From the NCBI GenBank assembly GCA_951812335.1, contig OX638293.1, forward strand, positions 2,523,175 to 2,587,174: 64,000 nt of DNA. Reading direction: 5' to 3'. The position numbers were made by a program, and so were the translations under genes. The notes beneath the pieces were generated by a model. That model worked only from the letters and a program-made list of their open reading frames with translations. It was not told where the DNA came from and ran no database searches. Position 1 is the stretch's first letter, and each line of letters starts with the position of its first letter. This document shows, piece after piece, positions 54,555-63,233 of the stretch. Source of the DNA: Rhodothermales bacterium. Its GTDB lineage: Bacteria; Bacteroidota; Rhodothermia; Rhodothermales; VXPQ01.

Positions 54555-54876
54555 CTCCGATCATGCGGGCCGCCACCAGAAACCAGAAAGAAGGCGCCAG
54601 CGCGGAAGCAACCGCCGACACGGCATACAGTACGGCGGCGAAAAACAGCACCCGCCGACGCCCGAGGGCATCGCTCAGCGGGCCGGCCACCATCATGGCC
54701 AGTGTGGCCGTAAGGGTCAACGAACTGACCGCCCAGCCGAGCTCCAGTTTGGTCAGGGTAAACTGCGTCTCGATGAATCCGACAACGCCGGATATGACCG
54801 AGGCGTCGAAGCCCATCAGAAAGCCCCCGAGGGCCACGATCAGGGCGGTACGGGTTATGTAGCTTCGATCAGGCAC
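54555..54876 (-). pseudogene. duplicated 5' fragment of the MFS sugar porter (first 107 codons)
   Basis: Identical to the MFS N-terminus except for I->V (ATC->GTT) and one synonymous change. The frame then runs into unrelated sequence (…ARMIGEDRVCNDSQ...). Confidence 0.9.
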
Positions 54877-54967
54877 GGCATATACATATTCAACGTTTGG
54901 GAATCCCTAACATATCTCCCTTTGCGGCGGTATACAAATTTCTCGTCGGATGCACCGAAAAAAGAGG
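54555..54967. repeat. 413-bp direct repeat, copy B (adjacent to valS)
   Basis: See copy A. Beyond 54967 the sequence continues into the valS 3' end. Below 54555 it continues into foreign sequence. Confidence 0.95.
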
Positions 54968-54981
54968 GGGTAAGCCCCAAC

Positions 54982-57654
54982 TTATCCCAGCTGTTCGAGA
55001 TTCCTGCGCAGCCGGGCAATATCCGCAGCGGCGTCCTGTTCCTTTCTGCGTTCCCGTTCCACTACCTCGGGCCGTGCTCTCGTAACGAACTGTTCGTTCT
55101 GCAATTTCCGGCGCACGCTGCCGAGAAAACGTTCCTTTTGCGTGACTTCCTTCTGCAGGCGCTCGCGTTCCACATCAAGATCGATGATCCCCGCCAGCGG
55201 AACGAACGCCTCGCACGGACCGGCCACATGGGAAGCGGCGCCGGCCGGACGCGCCAGATCGCTGCCCACGGTCAGGGTATGCACGCGGGCCAGCTTGCGG
55301 AAATAGTCCCCGTGCGCCGCCAACGACGCGCCAATCGCTTCCGCATCGGGAGAAACATGCACCAGCGCCTCGATCTCCGCACCGGGCGCCACCCTGTATT
55401 CGCTTCGGACGGTGCGAATGCCGGACACCACATCCTGTATCAGGTTGAACGTGGCGGCAGCGTCGCGGTCCATCAGGGAAAGGTCCTGCTCAGGCCAGGG
55501 CGCCGTCATACAGCAGGCTCCCTCCTCCCGGGGCTGCAACTGCGCCCACAACTCCTCGGTGATGAACGGCATGAACGGGTGCAGCAGCCGGAGCATCGCA
55601 TCGTAGAGTTCGATGGCGAGCGCCAGCGTTTCCTCGTCCGGCTCCTCGCCCGGCGCCGGCTTGATCAGTTCGAGATACCAGTCGCAGTAATCCTTCCAAA
55701 AAAGATCGTATATCCGGCCCAATGCCTCGTTGAGGCGATAACGCGCCAACGCCTCGTTCACCTCCCCGATCCCGGCGTGCAGCCGGTGCATCATCCACCG
55801 TTCCACCAGTTCCAGTTCCTCGAAAGAGCGCGTCCGGCGGTACGTTTTCCCTGACTCGATGAACCGCCCGAACACCTTGAACGCATTCCATATCTTGTTC
55901 GCAAAATTGCGGCCCATCTCGAATTTCGTCGGGTCCAGCCGGATGTCCTGCCCCTGGGCGCACAAGATGACCAACGAGAAGCGGACGGCGTCGGCGCCGT
56001 ACCGGTCGATCATGTCCAGCGGATCGATGCCGTTTCCGAGGCTTTTCGACATCCAGCGCCCCTGCTTGTCCTTGATCATCCCCGTAATGAAGATATCGCT
56101 GTAGGGCGGCTCGCCCATGAAGCGGCATCCCGCCATGATCATGCGGGCGATCCAGAAGAAAAGAATGTCGTACCCGGATACGAGCACCTGCGTGGGGTAG
56201 AAACAGGCAAGGTCTTCCGTCTGCTCCGGCCATCCCAGGGTGGCGAACGGCCACAACCACGACGAAAACCAAGTGTCGAGCACATCCTCGTCCTGCACCA
56301 TGCCGGGAGCGGGCCGATCCACCGAAACGACATACCCGCGCCGTTCGTCGATCCTGCCGTCCTCGCCGGTATGGTACCAGACAGGAATGCGGTGTCCCCA
56401 CCAGAGTTGCCGCGAGATGGTCCAGTCCCGGATGTTTTCCATCCACCGGAAGTACTCGTTCTCCCAGCGCTTCGGGTGAAACGCGACCTTGCCCGCGCGA
56501 ACCGCCTCGATGGCCGGTTCGGCCAGCGGCGTCATCTTCACGAACCACTGCCGGGAAACAAGGGGTTCGACAACCGCCCTGGACCGGCTCGACACAGGGA
56601 TCGTGCCTTTCATGGGCTCCGTCTTGACAAGGAGCCCTTCTTTTTCGAGATCCGCCACGATGCGGTCGCGGGCGGCAAAGCGATCCATCCCCTCGTACGG
56701 TCCCCCCTGCTCGTTGATCGCGCCGTCGGGCCGGATCACATTAAGGACCTCGAGGCCGTGCCGCCGCCCGATCTCGAAATCGTTCCGGTCGTGGCCGGGC
56801 GTCACCTTCAGCGCCCCGCCGCCGAAATCCATCTTGACATACTCGTCCGCAATCACCGGAATTTCCCGACCCGCAAGCGGAAGCACCACCTTCTTCCCGA
56901 TCAGGTCGGTATAACGCGGATCGTCGGGATGTACGGCGACCGCCGTATCCCCCAGCATGGTTTCCGGGCGGGTCGTGGCGATCGTAATCGCGCCGGAACC
57001 GTCCGCCAGCGGATAATCGATATACCACAGGTGTCCTTCCCGCTCCACATTGTCCACTTCCTCGTCGGACAGCGCCGTCCGGTTTTCCGGATCCCAGTTG
57101 ACCAGGTAATCCCCCCGATAGACCAGCCCTTCTTCATACAGACGCACGAATACTTCCTGCACCGCTCGCGTGAAGCCCTCGTCCATCGTAAACCGCTCTC
57201 TGCTCCAGTCGCACGAGTCTCCGAGGCGGCGTTTCTGTTCCAGAATCCTGCCGCCGTATTCGCGCTTCCACGCCCAAACGCGTTCGACGAAACGCTCGCG
57301 GCCCAGATCATGGCGGGTCTTGCCCGCTTGGGCCAGCTGCTGCTCCACGACGTTCTGCGTGGCGATACCGGCATGATCCATTCCCGGCATCCAGAGCGCC
57401 TCGTAGCCCTGCATGCGCCGGAGGCGCGTCACGGCGTCCTGAATGGCGTCCTGCAGCGCATGCCCCATATGCAGCGCGCCGGTCACATTGGGAGGCGGCA
57501 TGACAATGACATGCGGAGGCTTGCCGGAATGCGGCCGGACTCGAAAGAGGTCGTTCTTTTCCCACCAGGCATACCATTTGGCTTCGATCTCGGCCGGGCG
57601 ATACGCCGTACTGCGGTCGACTTGCTCCTTGCGGGACGTTTCCTTCGTAGACAT
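54982..57654 (-). CDS. valS: valine--tRNA ligase
   Basis: 890 aa. Class I HIGH-type motif (GALHMGHA), KMSKS-type motif (WMSKSLGN), and a C-terminal coiled coil. Confidence 0.97.
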   Translation of the reverse strand: MSTKETSRKEQVDRSTAYRPAEIEAKWYAWWEKNDLFRVRPHSGKPPHVIVMPPPNVTGALHMGHALQDAIQDAVTRLRRMQGYEALWMPGMDHAGIATQNVVEQQLAQAGKTRHDLGRERFVERVWAWKREYGGRILEQKRRLGDSCDWSRERFTMDEGFTRAVQEVFVRLYEEGLVYRGDYLVNWDPENRTALSDEEVDNVEREGHLWYIDYPLADGSGAITIATTRPETMLGDTAVAVHPDDPRYTDLIGKKVVLPLAGREIPVIADEYVKMDFGGGALKVTPGHDRNDFEIGRRHGLEVLNVIRPDGAINEQGGPYEGMDRFAARDRIVADLEKEGLLVKTEPMKGTIPVSSRSRAVVEPLVSRQWFVKMTPLAEPAIEAVRAGKVAFHPKRWENEYFRWMENIRDWTISRQLWWGHRIPVWYHTGEDGRIDERRGYVVSVDRPAPGMVQDEDVLDTWFSSWLWPFATLGWPEQTEDLACFYPTQVLVSGYDILFFWIARMIMAGCRFMGEPPYSDIFITGMIKDKQGRWMSKSLGNGIDPLDMIDRYGADAVRFSLVILCAQGQDIRLDPTKFEMGRNFANKIWNAFKVFGRFIESGKTYRRTRSFEELELVERWMMHRLHAGIGEVNEALARYRLNEALGRIYDLFWKDYCDWYLELIKPAPGEEPDEETLALAIELYDAMLRLLHPFMPFITEELWAQLQPREEGACCMTAPWPEQDLSLMDRDAAATFNLIQDVVSGIRTVRSEYRVAPGAEIEALVHVSPDAEAIGASLAAHGDYFRKLARVHTLTVGSDLARPAGAASHVAGPCEAFVPLAGIIDLDVERERLQKEVTQKERFLGSVRRKLQNEQFVTRARPEVVERERRKEQDAAADIARLRRNLEQLG

Positions 57655-57731
57655 CGTTGTTTCGGACAGATAAAATGCTCCGTGCGTCCTCGAAATATCC
57701 GCCCGGAATATACGTTCTTTTCCCTGCTTGT

Positions 57732-58931
57732 CTACTCTTCTGTCCGGCCTGACCCGGCGACTTCGGCATCGTAGCGGGCTTGGATCTCCGACAGGCTGTC
57801 CCCGCCGAACTTTTCCAGAAATGCATTGGCGATCGCCAGCGCCACCGTGGCCTCCGCAACGATCGAGGCCGCCGGCACGGAGGTGACGTCGCTTCGCTCG
57901 TACCGTGTCGGCTGCGCAGCGCCCGAAGCCACATCCACCGTATCGAGCGGCTTGATGAGCGTAGGAATGGGCTTCATATAGCCGCGGACCACGATGGGCA
58001 TGCCGTTCGACATACCGCCCTCCACACCGCCTGCACGATTGGTGCGCCGGGAAAAACCCTCCCCGTCGCCGACGATAGGATCGTGCACCCGCGATCCCGG
58101 ACGCGCCGAGCCGGCCACTCCATCGCCGATCTCGACCGCTTTCTGGCCCTGAATGGACAGAATGGCCTGCGCCAGGAGCCCGTCGAGCCGCCGGTCCCAG
58201 TGCACATACGAACCGAGCCCCGCAGGAACGCCCGATACGATCACTTCATACGCCCCGCCCAGCGAATCTCCCTGCTTCTTCGTTGCATCGATATGTTCGA
58301 TGCACTGGCGGGTGAGCGCCGCGTCCAGCATGCGCACTTCGCTCGCATCGGCGGCTTCGCTCACCTTCTCCGCCCCTGCGGCAAGAAGTTTCCCTACCGC
58401 ATCCGCTCCGTATTCCGGGCGCCCCACTTCCCCGATGCGCAGCACATGGCTGCCCACCTCGATACCGAACTGGGCCAGAAATTGCCGTGCAATAGTGCAG
58501 CACGCCACGCGCATGGCCGTCTCGCGCGCACTGGCCCGGTCGATGACAGGCCGGATATCGTCGAAGCCGTACTTCTGCAAGCCGGCCAGGTCTGCATGGC
58601 CCGGCCTCGGCAGCGTCACCTTCTCCACGCCTTCTCCCGTGCCGGTCAAAGCCATCACCTCGGGCCACCCGGACCGGTCCTTCGTATAGGCCGCATTGTC
58701 GAGGCGCAATCCGATGGGGCTTCCCATTGTTCTGGAAAATCGCACGCCGGAATAGATATGTATCCGGTCCCGTTCGAACTTCGACCGGCCTCCCCGCCCG
58801 TAGCCCTGCCAGCGCCGGGCCAGTTGGCGGTCAATATTTTCGGAGGCAAGCGGTACGCCCGCCGGCATTCCTTCGACGATCCCCACAAGCGCCTCGCCGT
58901 GCGATTCCCCCGCAGTCAGAAAACGTATCAT
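57732..58931 (-). CDS. aroC: chorismate synthase
   Basis: MIRFLTAGESHGEALVGIVEGMPAG..., with a full-length match to the AroC pattern. Confidence 0.95.
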   Translation of the reverse strand: MIRFLTAGESHGEALVGIVEGMPAGVPLASENIDRQLARRWQGYGRGGRSKFERDRIHIYSGVRFSRTMGSPIGLRLDNAAYTKDRSGWPEVMALTGTGEGVEKVTLPRPGHADLAGLQKYGFDDIRPVIDRASARETAMRVACCTIARQFLAQFGIEVGSHVLRIGEVGRPEYGADAVGKLLAAGAEKVSEAADASEVRMLDAALTRQCIEHIDATKKQGDSLGGAYEVIVSGVPAGLGSYVHWDRRLDGLLAQAILSIQGQKAVEIGDGVAGSARPGSRVHDPIVGDGEGFSRRTNRAGGVEGGMSNGMPIVVRGYMKPIPTLIKPLDTVDVASGAAQPTRYERSDVTSVPAASIVAEATVALAIANAFLEKFGGDSLSEIQARYDAEVAGSGRTEE

Positions 58932-58933
58932 AA

Positions 58934-58945
58934 ATCAGAGTATCC
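58934..58945 (+). repeat. dispersed repeat, core only (ATCAGAGTATCC)
   Basis: Occupies most of the 19-nt spacer between the htrA-like stop (58951) and the aroC ATG (58931). Confidence 0.5.
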
Positions 58946-58950
58946 TGCAA

Positions 58951-60558
58951 TCACCGTGGAACTTCCATTTCGTAAAACGCAGCGCTGCCGTCGCGCCGGC
59001 GCACCTTGACGAGCACCCATTCTCCCGAACGGGCCGCCCGGCTCAATGCGCGCAACGCCTGGCCGGGAGAACCTGTATCCATCTCTTCGATCTGCACGAT
59101 CACCGCATCCCTCGGCAACCCGGCCTTGCCCGCCGGACTGCCATGCTCTACCCAGGCGACATACACCCCTTCCTCTATATCGAAATCTCTGGCCTCCTCT
59201 GCGGTAAGCTCCCGCAGGCCAATACCCCAATCTCCCAACGCATAGATGCTTTCGCGTTCTCCCGGAGCCGAGGGCGATTCGGGAACGGGAGACTCTTCAG
59301 GTACACGCGGCCGCCTTTCGAATTGGCTGAACCATGCCGTATACGCCGGGGCGTCGCGGGGCTGCAATTCCACCGGGAGTTCGCGAACCTCGCCATCCCG
59401 CCACACCTGTACGATCAACATCTCTCCCGGACGTCTGCGGGCAATTATGCTCTGCAACTCGTTGGAGGCATTCACGGCGCGGTCGTCCACCGACAAGATG
59501 ACGTCTTCGTCGCGCATCCCGGCCAGCGCTGCCGAGCCGTTATTCGCAACCCCGGCTATATACACGCCGCGAATCCGGTCCATACCGAGCCGGCCCGCCA
59601 GCACTGCGTCCACGGTCCGGATACGCACACCCAGATACCCCCGCTGCACTTCTCCGTATTCGATGATGTCGCCGGCCACCCGCGCCATCAGGTTGACGGG
59701 GACCGCAAATCCGTAGCCTTCGTACGACCCGGTTTCGGTGGCGATGGCCGTGGAGATACCCACCAGCTCGCCGTTCAGATTGACGACGGCCCCTCCCGAA
59801 TTGCCGGGGTTGATGGCGGCGTCGGTCTGAATGAAATCCTCGATCCCGAAATCGTCCTCGATGATATTCACCTGACGGCCCGTAGCGCTGACGATCCCCG
59901 CCGTAACGGTGGAAGTAAGCCGGAACGGATTGCCCACGGCAAGCACCCACTCGCCCGCATGCAGCCCGTCGGAATCGCCGAACAGGATCGCGGGGAGGTC
60001 CTCGCCGCCTTCTATTTCGAGCACGGCAATATCCGTGGAGGGGTCGGCGCCCACGATCCGGGCGTCGAACGTGCGCTTGTCGGCAAGGGTCACCCGGACG
60101 CGTTCCGCACGCTCCACCACATGATGATTCGTCACCACATACCCCTGTGGACTGATCAACACCCCGCTCCCCACCGCTTCCTGCGACGGATCTCTCCGGA
60201 AAAAGCGCCCCTCTTCGTCCTCGAAATCGTGATACCGATCCCCTGCGAAGGGCGCCTCTACCTCTATGTAAACCACCGAGGGCGTGACCCGATCGGCTAC
60301 CTGGCGAAATACCCGATTCAGGGCGGCGACGTCAGGCAGTCGTTCCAGCGAATCCGCAACCGGAATGTCCGACGCCGTATACGAACGACCCAACTGGACG
60401 CGCTCCACCATACGCGTTTCCCCGGAAAGAGCGCGCTCGTTGCCCCCTGCGACCAGCACCCACAAAATGCCCGCCGCAAGCACGACCAGCACCAATCCAA
60501 TGCCGATAAGGACATGGATACTCGTGCGCAACTGCTTATTGAGTGGTTTGTCGGTCAT
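58951..60558 (-). CDS. HtrA/DegP-family serine protease with PDZ domains
   Basis: N-terminal membrane anchor, a trypsin-like domain with catalytic-Ser block INPGNSGGAVVN, and two PDZ-like regions. Confidence 0.88.
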   Translation of the reverse strand: MTDKPLNKQLRTSIHVLIGIGLVLVVLAAGILWVLVAGGNERALSGETRMVERVQLGRSYTASDIPVADSLERLPDVAALNRVFRQVADRVTPSVVYIEVEAPFAGDRYHDFEDEEGRFFRRDPSQEAVGSGVLISPQGYVVTNHHVVERAERVRVTLADKRTFDARIVGADPSTDIAVLEIEGGEDLPAILFGDSDGLHAGEWVLAVGNPFRLTSTVTAGIVSATGRQVNIIEDDFGIEDFIQTDAAINPGNSGGAVVNLNGELVGISTAIATETGSYEGYGFAVPVNLMARVAGDIIEYGEVQRGYLGVRIRTVDAVLAGRLGMDRIRGVYIAGVANNGSAALAGMRDEDVILSVDDRAVNASNELQSIIARRRPGEMLIVQVWRDGEVRELPVELQPRDAPAYTAWFSQFERRPRVPEESPVPESPSAPGERESIYALGDWGIGLRELTAEEARDFDIEEGVYVAWVEHGSPAGKAGLPRDAVIVQIEEMDTGSPGQALRALSRAARSGEWVLVKVRRRDGSAAFYEMEVPR

Positions 60559-60606
60559 GGCGCAACCATCGTCGCGGGCCTCGCGAAAGACTCATGGCAA
60601 GCCCGA

Positions 60607-61386
60607 TCAGGTGCGAGCCGAATGCAGAGATACCCGAATTCGTTCAACCGCATTACGAGCAAGTTGTGCCAATTCCTTGCGATTCCGTCCTTCGGCGGAT
60701 ATCGGCTCGCCGATATGCACCGTGTATTCGAGGCTCCGCAGCGCGGCCAGACCCCACACGTGCGACCAGAAGGACGTATGTTCCAGCCATACGATGCGGC
60801 GGCGCACATCGTCGGTTGCCGGGTCGTCCTCTACGCTATCGAGAGACAGGTACGCGGGCAGCACCATGCCGCCGACCTTTCCCGCCACGGCCTCGAACGC
60901 GCCTGTCCTGAAGGGGCGGACAGCGAGGTCCTCGCTGGTGTTTCCCTCCGGAAAAACAAGCACGTTCAGTCCGGCCGCCAGCCGCTCTCCAACTCGCTCG
61001 ACAAAAGAAGCTACGGCGGTCCGGCGGTCCCTGTCCACAGGGATCATGCCGTGCGCCATAGATACGTTGCCAATGATCGGCCAGCTCTGCAGATCGGCCC
61101 GTGCGACAGGCGCCATGGGCGCCACCGAAGCGAGTATGAGCGGATCGAGTACAGTAAAGTGATTCGCCACCACGAGCATGCCCGACCGGTCCGGCATCTT
61201 CCCTTGCGGTCGTACGCGGATGCCCACCAGTTCGCAAAGCTGTACGCACCCCTCGTGAATCTGTTGGGCCCGGCGCCGCAACTCGTCCGTACGCTCCAGA
61301 CCCGCAGCCTTGCGGTTTGTCTGCAACGTGCGCGAAAGCATCAGCCGGAATATCCTCAGGACGTTCAGAATACGGTACATGCGCAC
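60607..61386 (-). CDS. 1-acyl-sn-glycerol-3-phosphate acyltransferase family (PlsC-like)
   Basis: HX4D motif in VVANHFTVLDP, and an FPEGNTS block. Confidence 0.8.
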   Translation of the reverse strand: MRMYRILNVLRIFRLMLSRTLQTNRKAAGLERTDELRRRAQQIHEGCVQLCELVGIRVRPQGKMPDRSGMLVVANHFTVLDPLILASVAPMAPVARADLQSWPIIGNVSMAHGMIPVDRDRRTAVASFVERVGERLAAGLNVLVFPEGNTSEDLAVRPFRTGAFEAVAGKVGGMVLPAYLSLDSVEDDPATDDVRRRIVWLEHTSFWSHVWGLAALRSLEYTVHIGEPISAEGRNRKELAQLARNAVERIRVSLHSART

Positions 61387-61431
61387 AGGGGAAAGACGAC
61401 GCCCAAAGATACGCCGGGGAATCCGGTTCCC

Positions 61432-61965
61432 CTATTCCTCTTCCCCCTGGTATTCCTCGAAAGTAAAATCCACGAACGCGTCGCTTCCGATGTAGGTCAG
61501 CACCTCCAGAAACTCCGGAGCCGCCATGAAACCGGGCAAACGGGTGATATATTTGCCTTCCTCGTCCAGAAACACTGTGGTCGGAAATCCGGAAGCGCCG
61601 AGGCCGGCCGCCATTTCCGAGGGGGTCAGCGTATAATCGCGGAAACTGAGACTGTCCTCCGTGTTCTCCGCATCGAGACGGGTCAGTACGAAATGGTCGC
61701 GGACATACGCCTGCACCGATTCGTCCGTATACACCTCGCGTTGCAATCGCCGGCACCACGGACACCACACCGCATAGACGTCCACGATCAATTTCTTGTC
61801 CTGCGCTTCTGCCTGCGTTACGGCCTCTTCGAATATTTTCCAGTCAAGTCCTTCGGCAGGTACGCTGGCGTCTTGCGCACATACGTCCGCCAGTGCAAGC
61901 ATGCAGGCCGAAAACGCAAACAGGCTCGCGAGACCAAACGAAACAAACGATCCGGGACGATTCAT
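61432..61965 (-). CDS. secreted thioredoxin-fold protein
   Basis: Signal peptide, then the VDVYAVWCPWCRRL CxxC motif. Confidence 0.8.
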   Translation of the reverse strand: MNRPGSFVSFGLASLFAFSACMLALADVCAQDASVPAEGLDWKIFEEAVTQAEAQDKKLIVDVYAVWCPWCRRLQREVYTDESVQAYVRDHFVLTRLDAENTEDSLSFRDYTLTPSEMAAGLGASGFPTTVFLDEEGKYITRLPGFMAAPEFLEVLTYIGSDAFVDFTFEEYQGEEE

Positions 61966-61970
61966 GACGC

Positions 61971-63104
61971 TTATCGGAGCAACTCTCCGTAGATATGCAT
62001 AAGTCGTTCTGATACCGAATCCGGGTTAAAAGTTTCGAAGACGCGGGGAATGTTTCGACGCCACTGCTCCCGAAGCGGTTTCTGTGCAACGGCCCGGCGC
62101 AGAGCGGCAACAAGCGCGGCTTGATCACCGGGTTCAATTAGGATGCCCGCATCGTGCGGGGCAACCACCCGCCGGATTTCGGGCAGGTCCGAGGCAATAA
62201 CCGGAAGCCCGGCCATAAAGTACTGGAACAATTTGTTCGGCAGAGCGAAGCGATGATTCAGGCAGGTATCCTGAAGCAGCGTGATGCCGAGATCGGCGGA
62301 AGCGGTGTACGCCGGTAATCGGTCCGATGGCACGGAATCCACGAAACGTACGCGGTCCGCGATACCGGCCTCTGCTACCTGCTTTTGCAACGCAGGCCGA
62401 AGCGGTCCTCCGCCGAGGAACACGAGCACGGCGCCTTCGATGTCCCGCATGGCGTCCACGAGTTGCGCGCAGCCGCGATCTTTCATCATGGAACCTTGAT
62501 GCAGCAACGTTACAGTATTCGGATCGAGGCCCGGAACAAGCGGAGACGGCGACAGAGCGGGAGGTTTTCGATCAGGAATGTTATAGAGCACCGCAGGGCG
62601 AACAATCCCGTACGTTCCGGCAAGCCTGTCCGCAATGGCGTTCCCCACGGTCAGGACGGCATCGGCCCGGCGGATGTACCGATGTTCGATCATGTACCAG
62701 AACACACGCGCCCAGGGTCTTCCGGCCGTAGCGGAAACGTGGGTGTACAATTCCCGGGCGTCATACACAATGCGCCCCCCATACCTGCGGGCAGCCGAAC
62801 AGGCAGCCGGCAGCACGTACAGGCCCGATGCGTGATACAGCCGCGCCGGCGTTTCGAGAAGCGCCTTGCGCACGCGGCGGTGCAGTTCCAGAAAAAAACG
62901 AGGGCCGGAGAAGCCGGAAAGGGGTACGGCGCACAGGCTTGCGCCACGTATTTCCGGAGTGCCGGATGCTCCTGTGCCCGCGGCAACGATCCGGATACGC
63001 AGGCCGGCGTCGCCAAGAACCCTGAGTTGCCGGAGTACCCTCGAATTATTGCGCAGATCGCCGTACAGGCCGAATGCTACATCGAACCGGTCTTCGGCAT
63101 GCAC
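61971..63104 (-). CDS. glycosyltransferase family 4 (GT-B, group 1)
   Basis: 377 aa. The C-terminal half has the typical GT4 nucleotide-sugar-binding region (...FLGGGP...FALPNKLFQYFMAGLPVIASD...). Confidence 0.75.
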   Translation of the reverse strand: MHAEDRFDVAFGLYGDLRNNSRVLRQLRVLGDAGLRIRIVAAGTGASGTPEIRGASLCAVPLSGFSGPRFFLELHRRVRKALLETPARLYHASGLYVLPAACSAARRYGGRIVYDARELYTHVSATAGRPWARVFWYMIEHRYIRRADAVLTVGNAIADRLAGTYGIVRPAVLYNIPDRKPPALSPSPLVPGLDPNTVTLLHQGSMMKDRGCAQLVDAMRDIEGAVLVFLGGGPLRPALQKQVAEAGIADRVRFVDSVPSDRLPAYTASADLGITLLQDTCLNHRFALPNKLFQYFMAGLPVIASDLPEIRRVVAPHDAGILIEPGDQAALVAALRRAVAQKPLREQWRRNIPRVFETFNPDSVSERLMHIYGELLR

Positions 63105-63233
63105 AGGGGTAATGGGGAAACGAATGAAAGGGAGAGAACCGGATCGGAGAAGAAACGACGCATGAAGTACGCCGCCTCAAAACGCAACGACATCCGTACG
63201 GGATGGTTCCTGGCAACCGGGCCTGCCCGATTC

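Noticed and set aside
59143-61992. 949-aa ORF on the + strand, the longest + strand ORF in this part of the window
   Set aside because: It lies entirely antisense to four well-supported minus-strand genes (HtrA-like protease, PlsC-like acyltransferase, thioredoxin-fold protein, GT4 start). It is Arg/Gly/Pro/His-rich with no motif. This is the typical shadow ORF of high-G+C DNA.
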